The notes under the pieces were generated by a model. The model was given only the letters and a program-made list of their open reading frames with translations, was not told the DNA's origin and did not search any database. The position numbers and the translations under genes are program-made. Of a DNA stretch of 64,000 nucleotides, positions 53,412 through 61,565 are shown one piece after another. Numbering within the stretch: position 1 is the stretch's first letter; the number at the start of each line of letters is the position of its first letter. The DNA is from Alphaproteobacteria bacterium (GTDB lineage Bacteria; Pseudomonadota; Alphaproteobacteria; UBA828): the NCBI GenBank assembly GCA_965221125.1, contig CBDCRW010000003.1, positions 462,682-526,681 of the forward strand, read 5' to 3'.

Positions 53412-53629
53412 TCAACGCCCTGACCCCGTGATCCAGCTCATGGTCCGGACGAGACCCGGACACCCAAATCCCCCGACTCTCCCCCATCAGGCGAAACGCC
53501 CGTCCACGGGTCGCTGCGCCGGCCTGCGACCCATAAGTCATATCAATAGATATGTGCGTCATGTGGCGCTCTTCCTGACGGTCGGGAACGCGCCTGCCGC
53601 TCTCTGGCTGGTGGGCGCCAACGCCGCGT

Positions 53630-54537
53630 TCTGACCCGCTTGCAACCAGAGAACACCGCTGCCCAATCTTGAATGAAGAGTTTCGGGCTCGTCGATCCCA
53701 GCTATTCTTCGCAAACTTCACTGCAGCTTCTCCTAGATTGCAGCAAACTCGCATATCCGAATTAATTGAACGTCATAACTTTCTACCAAAGTAGTACTGT
53801 TCGCTTCTTAGTTTAAGCACTGTATTCATGTAGTGTAATTCCGGCTTAGTGACGACACGACGATCATCTTGACCACCGGAGAGGTATATCGTTGGCGTAA
53901 CGGGCAGGCAAAGTCCGGCACTGCTTTTGTCAGGGACAATAAACTCTCCACACGCACTCTCCACAATTCCCCACGAATAGCCTCGCAAGGCGTTTCTGAC
54001 ACGACCATAGTCGTGTTGAACCAAGAATCCGGCGATATGACGGCCGGGTAGAACCGCACTTGCCCCACGGTCGATATAGGTCGCCATGCTGCTCTTTTCC
54101 AACGCCTCTCTATCGTCCCGAGAATAACCCGGTCGTGCGGGCAAAATTCCCACTAATTCCTGATCGTCCAGATACTTATTTTTCCAGCAACAGCGAACAT
54201 GCCAAAGCGAATACATATCTGTAACGACCTGGCTTTCCTCAATGCTGAGCCGACGAGACCAACTCTCTGCTTCCAATTGGCTTACGATATCCTGATATGC
54301 ATTTTCTATACCCTGCATGAATAGTGTTTCTGCACGCTGATCCCATACCCTGCGTGCACAGAAAATCTCATTGTCAGGCTTCATGGGAACGGTTTTGTCT
54401 TTGTCGATCAAGTAAACTTCGACCACACCCTTTTCGTTGCAAAACCTCTCAATTGATTTCTTCGGAAAACAGTGCTGGTTAATTGTCAGTTGATGCGGAT
54501 TTCCGGGTTGGGTCTTTTCGTACTTCACGGATGTCGC
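53630..54537. other. low-GC islet (probable horizontally acquired insert) between eno upstream region and parC
   Basis: Hand counts give 28/60, 29/60 and 28/60 G+C in three 60-nt samples inside the islet ORF (54469-54528, 54241-54300, 54301-54360). The adjacent 54541-54600 of parC gives 47/60. Confidence 0.75.
53773..54528 (-). CDS. hypothetical protein, DUF4238-like (candidate standalone defence gene)
   Basis: It is the only long ORF in the islet (251 aa, GTG start 9 nt after the parC stop). Motifs NQHCFPKKSIERF and WGIVESACGEFIVPDK...LCLPVTP resemble the DUF4238 hallmark blocks as I remember them. This is not verified by search. Confidence 0.6.
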   Translation of the reverse strand: MKYEKTQPGNPHQLTINQHCFPKKSIERFCNEKGVVEVYLIDKDKTVPMKPDNEIFCARRVWDQRAETLFMQGIENAYQDIVSQLEAESWSRRLSIEESQVVTDMYSLWHVRCCWKNKYLDDQELVGILPARPGYSRDDREALEKSSMATYIDRGASAVLPGRHIAGFLVQHDYGRVRNALRGYSWGIVESACGEFIVPDKSSAGLCLPVTPTIYLSGGQDDRRVVTKPELHYMNTVLKLRSEQYYFGRKL

Positions 54538-56772
54538 CTACAGAAACCGATTGGCCGCCGGGAAGCCGCGCGGGGCCGCACGGCCGGCCTGGCCCCGCTT
54601 GCCGCGCCACTGGTCGAGCGCCGTCTCGGTGCGCACGCCGGCGCCGGCGCGCCAGCGCAGCCCCTCCGCCCGCCCGAAGACCTGCGCGTCCGAGAGCGCC
54701 GCGTCGCGGTAGCGCTGCAGGATCACGCCCCGCCCCCGCGCCATGGTCGGCACGTCTTCCGCCGGGAAGAGCAGCAGGCGCCGGTTGGAGCCGACCACCG
54801 CGACCCAGTCGCCGGCCGCCTCGACGCAGACCGCCGCTTCCGCCCCCTGCGCCACGTTCAGCACCTGCCGGCCGCTGCGGGTCTGGGCGACGGCGTCGTC
54901 CTCGGCGACGAAGAAGCCGCGCCCGTCGCTCGCCGCCACCAGCCGCCGCCGGCCGGGCCGGTGAACGAAGAGCGCCACCGCCTCGTGATCGTTGCCGAGG
55001 TCGACCATGAGGCGCACGGGCTCGCCGAAGCCGCGCCCGCCGGGCAGGCGATCCGCCGGCAGCGTGTAGAAGCGCCCGTTGGTGGCGAAGAGCAGCAGCT
55101 TGTCGGTGGTCTCGGCGTGGAAGCGGAAGCGCTCGCGGTCGCCCTCCTTGTAGCGCACCGCCGCGTCGGCCTCGGCATGGCCCTTGACCGCGCGTATCCA
55201 CCCCTTGGCCGAGCAGATCACCGTGATCGGCTCGCGCTCCACCAGCGCGTCGGCCGGCACCGTCTGCGGCGCGGGCGCGCGGCCGATGGCGGTGCGCCGC
55301 TTGCCGAGCGTAGTCTCCTGCCCGAAGCGCGTCCTGATCTCCGCGATCTCGGCGAGCAGCGCTGTCTTCTGCCGCCGCGTGCTCTTCTCCAGCGTCTCGA
55401 GCCGCGCGCGCTCCGCCTCCAGCGCCTCGTGCTCGCGGCGGATCGCCGCTTCCTCGAGCCGGCGGAGAGCGCGCAGCCGCATGTTGAGGATCGCGTCCGC
55501 CTGCACCTCGTTGATGCCGAACGCCGCCACCAGCGCGGGCTTCGGCTCGTCCTCCTCGCGCACGATGCGGATCACCTCGTCGAGGTTGAGGTAGGCGACG
55601 AGATAGCCGCCGAGGACGTCGAGCCGGTGGGCGATCGCCGCCAGCCGATGCGCCGTCCGCCGCAGCAGCACCGCGCGCCGGTGGTCGAGAAAGGCCTGCA
55701 GCACCTGCTTCAGCGTCATCACGCGGGGGACGCCTTCTGCATCCAGCACGTTCATGTTGAGGCCGATGCGGGTCTCCAGCTCGGTCTGGCGGAACAGCAT
55801 CTCCATCAGCAGCGCCGGCTCGACCGTGCGGCTCTTCGGCTCCAGAACGAGCCGCACGTCCTCGGCGGATTCGTCCCGCACGTCGGCCAGCAATGCGAGT
55901 CTCTTCGCCTGCAGCAGCTCGGCGATGCGCTCCACCAGGCGCGCCTTCTGCACCTGGTAGGGGATCTCGGTGACCACGATCTGGTACTGGCCGCGCCCCA
56001 ACTCCTCCTTCTCCCAGCGGGCGCGGACGCGAAAGCCGCCGCGCCCGGTTGCGTATGCTTCCGCGATCTGCGCGCGGTCTTCCACCAGCACGCCGCCGGT
56101 GGGGAAGTCCGGCCCCGGCACCAGTTCAACCAGCGCGTCGTCCGAGAGCTTCGGGTCCTTGAGCAGCGCCGTCAGCGCGTCGCACAGCTCGCCCGCGTTG
56201 TGGGGCGGGATGCTGGTGGCGAGGCCCACGGCGATCCCCGCCGCCCCGTTGGCGAGCAGGTTGGGGAAGGCAGCCGGCAGCACCACCGGCTCGGCGTCGC
56301 CGCCGTCGTAGGTCTCGCGGAAGTCGACGGCGTCCTCGTCCAAGCCGTCGAGCAGCGCCTGCGCCACCTCGGTGAGCCGCGCCTCGGTGTAGCGCATCGC
56401 CGCGGCGTTATCGCCGTCGACGTTGCCGAAGTTGCCCTGCCCTTCCACCAGCGCGTAGCGCGCGGCGAAGGTCTGGGCGAGCCGCACGAGGGCGTCGTAC
56501 ACCGCGGTATCGCCGTGCGGGTGGTACTTGCCGATCACGTCGCCCACCACCCGCGCGCACTTCTTGAAGCCCGCGTCGGGGTCGAGCTTCAGCGCCCGCA
56601 TGGCGTAGAGCAGGCGGCGCTGCACCGGCTTCAGCCCGTCGCGCACGTCGGGCAGCGAGCGCGCGGTGATGGTGGAGAGCGCGTAGGCCAGATAGCGCTC
56701 GCTCAGCGCATCGCCGAGCGGCACGGGCTGGATCGCGCCTTCCGTCGCGCTGTCGTCTGCGATTCGCGCCAT
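54538..56772 (-). CDS. parC: DNA topoisomerase IV subunit A
   Basis: ATG at 56772 ([12 protein letters not shown]). Blocks [24 protein letters not shown] and GKYHPHGD, with the active-site region AMRYTEARL. 744 aa. recO is the upstream neighbour. Confidence 0.9.
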   Translation of the reverse strand: MARIADDSATEGAIQPVPLGDALSERYLAYALSTITARSLPDVRDGLKPVQRRLLYAMRALKLDPDAGFKKCARVVGDVIGKYHPHGDTAVYDALVRLAQTFAARYALVEGQGNFGNVDGDNAAAMRYTEARLTEVAQALLDGLDEDAVDFRETYDGGDAEPVVLPAAFPNLLANGAAGIAVGLATSIPPHNAGELCDALTALLKDPKLSDDALVELVPGPDFPTGGVLVEDRAQIAEAYATGRGGFRVRARWEKEELGRGQYQIVVTEIPYQVQKARLVERIAELLQAKRLALLADVRDESAEDVRLVLEPKSRTVEPALLMEMLFRQTELETRIGLNMNVLDAEGVPRVMTLKQVLQAFLDHRRAVLLRRTAHRLAAIAHRLDVLGGYLVAYLNLDEVIRIVREEDEPKPALVAAFGINEVQADAILNMRLRALRRLEEAAIRREHEALEAERARLETLEKSTRRQKTALLAEIAEIRTRFGQETTLGKRRTAIGRAPAPQTVPADALVEREPITVICSAKGWIRAVKGHAEADAAVRYKEGDRERFRFHAETTDKLLLFATNGRFYTLPADRLPGGRGFGEPVRLMVDLGNDHEAVALFVHRPGRRRLVAASDGRGFFVAEDDAVAQTRSGRQVLNVAQGAEAAVCVEAAGDWVAVVGSNRRLLLFPAEDVPTMARGRGVILQRYRDAALSDAQVFGRAEGLRWRAGAGVRTETALDQWRGKRGQAGRAAPRGFPAANRFL

Positions 56773-56803
56773 GGCCGCCGCTATAGCACAGCATATGAGT
56801 CGT

Positions 56804-57568
56804 CTAAGAGTCCCGCTCGGCGCGAGGGGCGGACGGCGGCGGCGCGCCAGCCTGCAGGCGGTCGATGAAGCGCTCGCGGGCCTGCGGCATGCGCCCGCCC
56901 TGGCCTGCAAACACGTGCTTCTCCAGGAACCAGCCGGTGAGCCTGAGCCCCGCGACGATATCGGCGGCGGACGCCGGATCGACCTCGGGCTGCGCGAGGA
57001 AGGGCGGCAGCGGCAGCAGCTTCTCCGCGTAATCTGCGCCGGCCTCGCGCGAGACTGCGCGGCCGCTGCGGGGCGAGACGTAGACGAGGTCGTCCACCGC
57101 GCCGGTCGCCGCGCAGGCCGCAAGGTCGAGGCCAAAGCCGAGCTCGCCCAGCAGCGCCAGCTCCCAGCGCACCAGCGTCTCGGCCCACTGCCCGCCCGCT
57201 TCGAGGGCGTCGAGCAGGTGCCGCAGGGCCTCAAAAACTTGTGGGTAGGGATGGCGCTCCGGCAGCGTCGCGTCCGCGAGCGCGCACACCGCCGCGAGCG
57301 CCGCGAGGCGGGGCGCATCGTCCAGCAGCATGCTCGATTGCGCGCGCACCAGCTCGCAGGTGTAGCGGCCGAGGTGCTCCGGCAGCCGCGCCTGCCAGCG
57401 GGCGGCCAGCGTGTTGCCCGGCTGGTAGAGCCCGCGCCCCCGCCGGCCGCGCGCGCCCTGCACCAGCCCGGCGTGGCGGCCGTGCCGCTCGGTCAGCAGC
57501 GAGACGACGGCGGCGCTCTCCCCGTGGCGGCGGGCGGAGAGGACGATTCCCGTGTCGCTCCATTCCAT
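56804..57568 (-). CDS. recO: DNA repair protein RecO
   Basis: 254 aa. [26 protein letters not shown] is a typical RecO OB-fold N terminus. Confidence 0.85.
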   Translation of the reverse strand: MEWSDTGIVLSARRHGESAAVVSLLTERHGRHAGLVQGARGRRGRGLYQPGNTLAARWQARLPEHLGRYTCELVRAQSSMLLDDAPRLAALAAVCALADATLPERHPYPQVFEALRHLLDALEAGGQWAETLVRWELALLGELGFGLDLAACAATGAVDDLVYVSPRSGRAVSREAGADYAEKLLPLPPFLAQPEVDPASAADIVAGLRLTGWFLEKHVFAGQGGRMPQARERFIDRLQAGAPPPSAPRAERDS

Positions 57569-57644
57569 GCCGTCACCTTGGTGAGAAGTGGGGGCTCAGG
57601 GGACCGGTCATCTCACTTTCCGGCAGATTTTTTTTGGGGAAAAA

Positions 57645-57692
57645 GCCGAGATAAGCCGAGATAAGCCGAGATAAGGTGAGACAAGGTGAGAC
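57645..57692. repeat. tandem decamer array (3x GCCGAGATAA, then GGTGAGACAA GGTGAGAC) next to a T8 run
   Basis: Read directly: units start at 57645, 57655, 57665, 57675 and 57685. The T8 run is at 57628-57635. Confidence 0.9.
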
Positions 57693-57935
57693 GGCCGGCG
57701 AGCGCCCCGAAGTGCTCGACACGCGCGCCGCGAGAGCGGACGCGAAGCACGCGAGCGCGGAGCGCCAGGACGCGGAGCGCGCGCTCGGACCGTCCCCGGT
57801 ACCTGCCGTGCTCGTTGTCGTCTCGCGCCACATGGCGCGACCCTCGCACGCCGGCCCCGCTCCCTGCATCGCACCATGGTGCGGAGTGTCGCCCGCGGCT
57901 GAACAGTGGCGGGCGCAGGTTGATGCCATGAAAAA

Positions 57936-58145
57936 CACCCCCACCTCACCCCGGCCCTCTCCGCCCCCAAGGGACGGAGAGGGAGAAAAAGACCGGCGTG
58001 GCTTGCGTTCCCCCTCCGCCCTGCCGGGCCGCAGGCCCGCACGGCGCGACTGCGCCGCGCGCGTAGCGCGTAGGCAAGCGAGCGGAGCGAGCGCCCGCCG
58101 TCGAGGGAAACGAACGACTCGGGAGGGGGACAGGGGGAGGTGGGG
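57936..58145. repeat. family-B GC-rich structured repeat, copy 2 (with terminal inverted repeats)
   Basis: The core at 58024-58100 matches 11581-11660. Ends CCCCACCTC (about 57939) and GAGGTGGGG (58137-58145) are inverted. Internal 9-bp-stem hairpin CCCTCTCCG / CGGAGAGGG at 57955-57983. Confidence 0.75.
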
Positions 58146-58171
58146 CGGCGGGCACCGGACCATGGTGCGGG

Positions 58172-59176
58172 CTATTCCTGCGCGCTCAGCCGCGCGGCAA
58201 ACGCCAGCACCGCACGGGCGAGGGCCTGCTTCTCCGCCCGCGTCGTCATCACCGTGCGCGCGACCTCGACCGCGACGCCGGTGGCGGCGATCCCCTCGGC
58301 CTCGGCCCGGTCGGCCTCGTCGAGCACGAGCCCGTCGATCAGCCCGGCGTAGTGCCGCGCGATGGCGGCCGCGCCCGGCACGATGCCGCGCTCCGTCATC
58401 ATCTTCGCCGTGGGCCCCTTCACCGCTTGCCCGCCGACGATGGGCGAGACCGCGATCACCGGCGCCCCGCAGGCCGCGAGCGCGCCCCGCACGCCCGGCA
58501 CCGCGAGGATCGGGTCGATGCTGATGTAGGGGTTCGACGGGCAGACGATGACCGCGCCGAGGCCGGGCGCCGCCAGCGCGTCCATGAAGGCCGCGCTGGG
58601 CCGCGCCGTCTCCGCGCCGTCGTGCCGGAAGCCCAGCACCGCCGGCTCGCAGCGCTCGCGCACGAAGTAGTGCTGGAAGGCGAGCGGGCCGTCCGCCGTC
58701 TCTACCACCGTCGGCACCGGGCCGTCGCTCATGGGCACGATGCGCGCGCCGATACCGAGCCGCGCGCACAGGTCCGCCGTGACCGCGCTCAGGCTCTCGC
58801 CCGCGCGGAGCCGCCGGGTGCGCTCGACATGGATGGCGAGGTCCTTGTCGCCGAGGAAGAACCAGGTCTCGCCGCCGAGCGCGCCGAGCGCCGCCATGAA
58901 GGCGCCGCTCTCTCCTGCCCGGCCCCAGCCGGTCTCCTCGTTGGCGAGCCCCGCCAACGTGTAGGTCAGCGTGTCGAGATCGGGACAGACCTTGAGACCC
59001 AGGTGCTCGAAGTCGTCGCCGGTGTTGGCGACGACGGTGAGCCTGGCCGGGTCCTCCAGCACGTCGCTGAGCCCGAGCGCGAGCTTGGCGCCGCCCACGC
59101 CCCCGGAAAGCGCGACGTAGTGCGGGTTAGAGCGTATCCGTCTTACGCGGAAACGCTCTGAGTCTTTATCGCTCAC
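58172..59176 (-). CDS. cofD: 2-phospho-L-lactate transferase (F420 biosynthesis); start uncertain
   Basis: LSGGVGGAKLALGL, VANTGDDFEHLGLKVCPDLDTLTYTLAG and GWG blocks are typical of CofD/FbiA. The only upstream starts (GTG 59176, ATG 59218) lie inside repeat A2. Confidence 0.85.
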   Translation of the reverse strand: MSDKDSERFRVRRIRSNPHYVALSGGVGGAKLALGLSDVLEDPARLTVVANTGDDFEHLGLKVCPDLDTLTYTLAGLANEETGWGRAGESGAFMAALGALGGETWFFLGDKDLAIHVERTRRLRAGESLSAVTADLCARLGIGARIVPMSDGPVPTVVETADGPLAFQHYFVRERCEPAVLGFRHDGAETARPSAAFMDALAAPGLGAVIVCPSNPYISIDPILAVPGVRGALAACGAPVIAVSPIVGGQAVKGPTAKMMTERGIVPGAAAIARHYAGLIDGLVLDEADRAEAEGIAATGVAVEVARTVMTTRAEKQALARAVLAFAARLSAQE

Positions 59177-59275
59177 GGCAGCCGGCCTTTGGCCGGCGCC
59201 TCCGCGAGGGCGCCGCATTCGCGGCGGGCCGCGGTCGCGGCCTGTCGCGCGTCCGTCGAAGCCGGACGCGCTCTA
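59127..59275 (-). repeat. family-A mosaic palindromic repeat, copy 2 (between cofE and cofD)
   Basis: The reverse complement aligns with copies 1 and 3. Shared parts are hairpin GAGCGCGTCCG-GCTTCGA-CGGACGCGC, the core with about 5 substitutions over 59 nt, hairpin GCCGGCC-AAA-GGCCGGC, GTGAGCGATAAAGA, and terminal hairpin AGAGCGTTTCCGCG...ACGCTCT. Confidence 0.85.
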
Positions 59276-60058
59276 GCGGAAAAGGTCATCGGCCTCGTCG
59301 CGGATGAGCGCGGCGCCGTCGTTGCCAGGCCCAGCGGGGCTGAGCCCCCGCACCACCACCACCGGCATGCCCTCGTCGGCCTCGCCCTGCAGCAGCGAGG
59401 CGGCGGCGGCAAGCTCGTCGGCGAGCCCCACCTGTGTCACTTCCAGCGGGCGGCCAAAGAGGTCGTCGCGGCCCCGGAGGTCGAGCAGCGACGGCAGCCC
59501 GGCGGCACCCAGAGCGAGGCCCACGGTGCCGATCCGCCAGGCGCGGCCCACGCTGTCGTTGACGATGACGGCGCAGTCCGCGCCGAGCCGCTCGCGCAGG
59601 CCCGCGCGCAGGCGCCGCGCGCTGCCGTCGGGGTCGCGGGGCAGCAGCAGCACCCGCTCGTCCGTGCCCGACGGCTCGACGTTGGAGTTGTCGATCCCGG
59701 CGTTCGCCATGACGAAGCCCAGGCGATGCTCGACGATGATCACCCCCGGCCGGTGCCGCACCACACGACGCGATTCGCCCAGGATGAGCTCGACCATGCG
59801 GGGGTCCTTGTCCGTCTGCGCGGCCAGCTCGCGCGCCTGCGAGCCGGGCTTCACGCTCGCCAGATTGGCGTAGCGCCCCTCGCTCTTCGACACGATCTTC
59901 TGGGCCACCACGAGCACGTCGCCGGCCGCCGCCGCCTCGCCGGCACGCGCGAAGCCGTCCGCGATCAGGCCCGCAAGGTCGTCGCCGGGCTGCACCATGG
60001 GAATGCCCGGCAGCGCGAAGAGGGAGAGAGCGCGGGGCCGCGCCGCTCGTGAGGTCAT
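59273..60058 (-). CDS. cofE: coenzyme F420-0:L-glutamate ligase
   Basis: 261 aa. Blocks VAQKIVSKSEGR, ANAGIDNSNV, NDSVGRAWRIGTVGLALG and VADELAAAASLLQGE match CofE and the FbiB N-terminal domain. There is no nitroreductase domain. Confidence 0.85.
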   Translation of the reverse strand: MTSRAARPRALSLFALPGIPMVQPGDDLAGLIADGFARAGEAAAAGDVLVVAQKIVSKSEGRYANLASVKPGSQARELAAQTDKDPRMVELILGESRRVVRHRPGVIIVEHRLGFVMANAGIDNSNVEPSGTDERVLLLPRDPDGSARRLRAGLRERLGADCAVIVNDSVGRAWRIGTVGLALGAAGLPSLLDLRGRDDLFGRPLEVTQVGLADELAAAASLLQGEADEGMPVVVVRGLSPAGPGNDGAALIRDEADDLFR

Positions 60059-60543
60059 CCGCCCGCCTCGCCTGTGCCTCCGGCATCTGTGCCCCCGGCA
60101 CTCCAGCTCGTGGCCCTTTGGATCCTGATGGCGATCACGGGGAGCGGCGCCAGGTCCATCGTGCGATACTGCGGGTACTTCGCGCGCAGCAGCGCCTGCG
60201 CCTCGTCGTGCTCGCAGCCCTCCTCCAGGATCTCCGCCCGGCCCCGCACCATGACCCAGCGGAGCCGCGACCAGTCCTCGTCGTCGTAGTGATCGGCGGT
60301 GAGCGTCACGTTCGGGTTCTCCGCGATGTTTCGGAGCCGCTTGAGCGGCCGCCCGCTCTTCGGCTTGCGGTCGATGGTCATGTAGACGGTATCGCCGTAG
60401 ACGGTATCGCCGGCCAGCGCGAAGCAGACCGGCCCGACGGTGGGGATGCCCGCCGCATCCGCCGTCGCCAGATGCGCCACCTTCTGCCCCGCAAGGAAGG
60501 CGCGCGCGCCCGCCTCGAGGACGGCCGCCCTGCCCTCGCCCAC
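60055..60543 (-). CDS. PPOX-class (pyridoxamine 5'-phosphate oxidase fold) probable F420-dependent enzyme
   Basis: 162 aa with a split-barrel pattern (VAHLATADAAGIPTVGPVCF ... DRKPK). Its stop overlaps the cofE start (ATGA). The context is F420 genes. Confidence 0.7.
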   Translation of the reverse strand: MGEGRAAVLEAGARAFLAGQKVAHLATADAAGIPTVGPVCFALAGDTVYGDTVYMTIDRKPKSGRPLKRLRNIAENPNVTLTADHYDDEDWSRLRWVMVRGRAEILEEGCEHDEAQALLRAKYPQYRTMDLAPLPVIAIRIQRATSWSAGGTDAGGTGEAGG

Positions 60544-60561
60544 GTTCCGCCGCCGCCGGGC

Positions 60562-61425
60562 TCAGATGCCCGCGAGCGCCTCCTTGATTCGCCCGATGGC
60601 CTCGATGTGCGCCTGGGGCGAGTCGAGCCCGGCGTTCATCGTGTTGACCGAGTAGTGGGTGGCGCCGAGCTTCTTCCAGCCTTGCGCGTGCGCGCGCCAT
60701 TGCTCGGGCGACTGGTCCCCCATGTTGAGCCAGGTCTCGATCCCGACGTCGGCCGGATCGCGCCCGGCCTCGCGAATATACCCCCGAAACTTCTCGACCT
60801 CGGCCGCGCCTTCCTCGTCCGGCGCGAGCAGCGGGAACCAGCCGTCGCCGATGCGCGCGGTGCGCCGGAGCACGGCTTCCGCGTGGCCGCCGAACCAGAC
60901 CGGAATCGGCCGCTGCACCGGCAGCGGGTTCAGCCCCGCGTCGGTGATGCGGTGCTCGTTGCCCTCGAAGGTGATCAGCTCGTTGGTCCAGAGCAGCCGC
61001 ATGACCTCGATCTGCTCGTCGATGCGCCGCCCGCGGTCGGAAAAATCCATGCCGAGCGCCTCGAACTCCACGTGGTTCCAGCCGACCGCCACGCCGAGCC
61101 GGAACCGGCCCTCGCACAGCACGTCGAGCGCCGCCGCCTGCTTCGCCACCAGCGCGGTCTGCCGCTGCGGCAGGATGATGATGCCGGTCACGAACTCGAG
61201 CCGGGTGACGGCGGCGAGGAAGCCGAACAGCACGAAGGGCTCGTGGAACGCGTCGGTGTGCTTGTAGGGGCCGTTGAGGTCGTGCGTCGCGGCGTTGCCG
61301 CCGAGCACGTGATCGAAGGCGAGCACATGCCGGTAGCCCAACCCCTCGGCCGCCTGCCCGTAGTCGCGCACGACTGCGGGATCGTTGCCGATCTCGGTCT
61401 GTGGAAAAACGACGCCAAGCTGCAT
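60562..61425 (-). CDS. LLM-class (luciferase-like) F420-dependent oxidoreductase
   Basis: ATG at 61425 after GAGGGAGGA. MQLGVVFPQTEIGNDP ... AEGLGYRHVLAFDHV is typical of LLM-family F420 enzymes. 287 aa. Confidence 0.8.
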   Translation of the reverse strand: MQLGVVFPQTEIGNDPAVVRDYGQAAEGLGYRHVLAFDHVLGGNAATHDLNGPYKHTDAFHEPFVLFGFLAAVTRLEFVTGIIILPQRQTALVAKQAAALDVLCEGRFRLGVAVGWNHVEFEALGMDFSDRGRRIDEQIEVMRLLWTNELITFEGNEHRITDAGLNPLPVQRPIPVWFGGHAEAVLRRTARIGDGWFPLLAPDEEGAAEVEKFRGYIREAGRDPADVGIETWLNMGDQSPEQWRAHAQGWKKLGATHYSVNTMNAGLDSPQAHIEAIGRIKEALAGI

Positions 61426-61565
61426 GCGGATCCTCCCTCGATCGCGGTTGTGCCCGGCCCGAGCGGCCGGTACGCGGCATGCTATCATGCCTCGTCGGCG
61501 CGGCATCGCCCTGGCGAAACCGCCGCGCCCCATGCAAACACCAAGGCAGGCAAAGGAGAAGCGGT

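Noticed and set aside
54472-56868. 798-aa plus-strand ORF opposite parC
   Set aside because: It is antisense to a clear parC and has low-complexity composition. The same reasoning applies to the other long shadow ORFs at 761..1780, 1551..2585, 3741..5657, 22767..23960, 27850..29727, 34246..35793, 40149..41528, 48170..50638, 59273..61636 (upstream part) and 60049..61608.
57645-57692. Possible CRISPR or iteron array
   Set aside because: The units are only 10 bp and contiguous with no spacers. There are no cas genes or plasmid replication genes nearby. It is treated as a tandem repeat or possible regulatory array instead.
57676-58524. 282-aa plus-strand ORF and several 70-140-aa ORFs in the recO-cofD spacer
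   Set aside because: Extreme Arg/Ala/Pro content, overlap with the repeat elements and with cofD antisense, and no start context.
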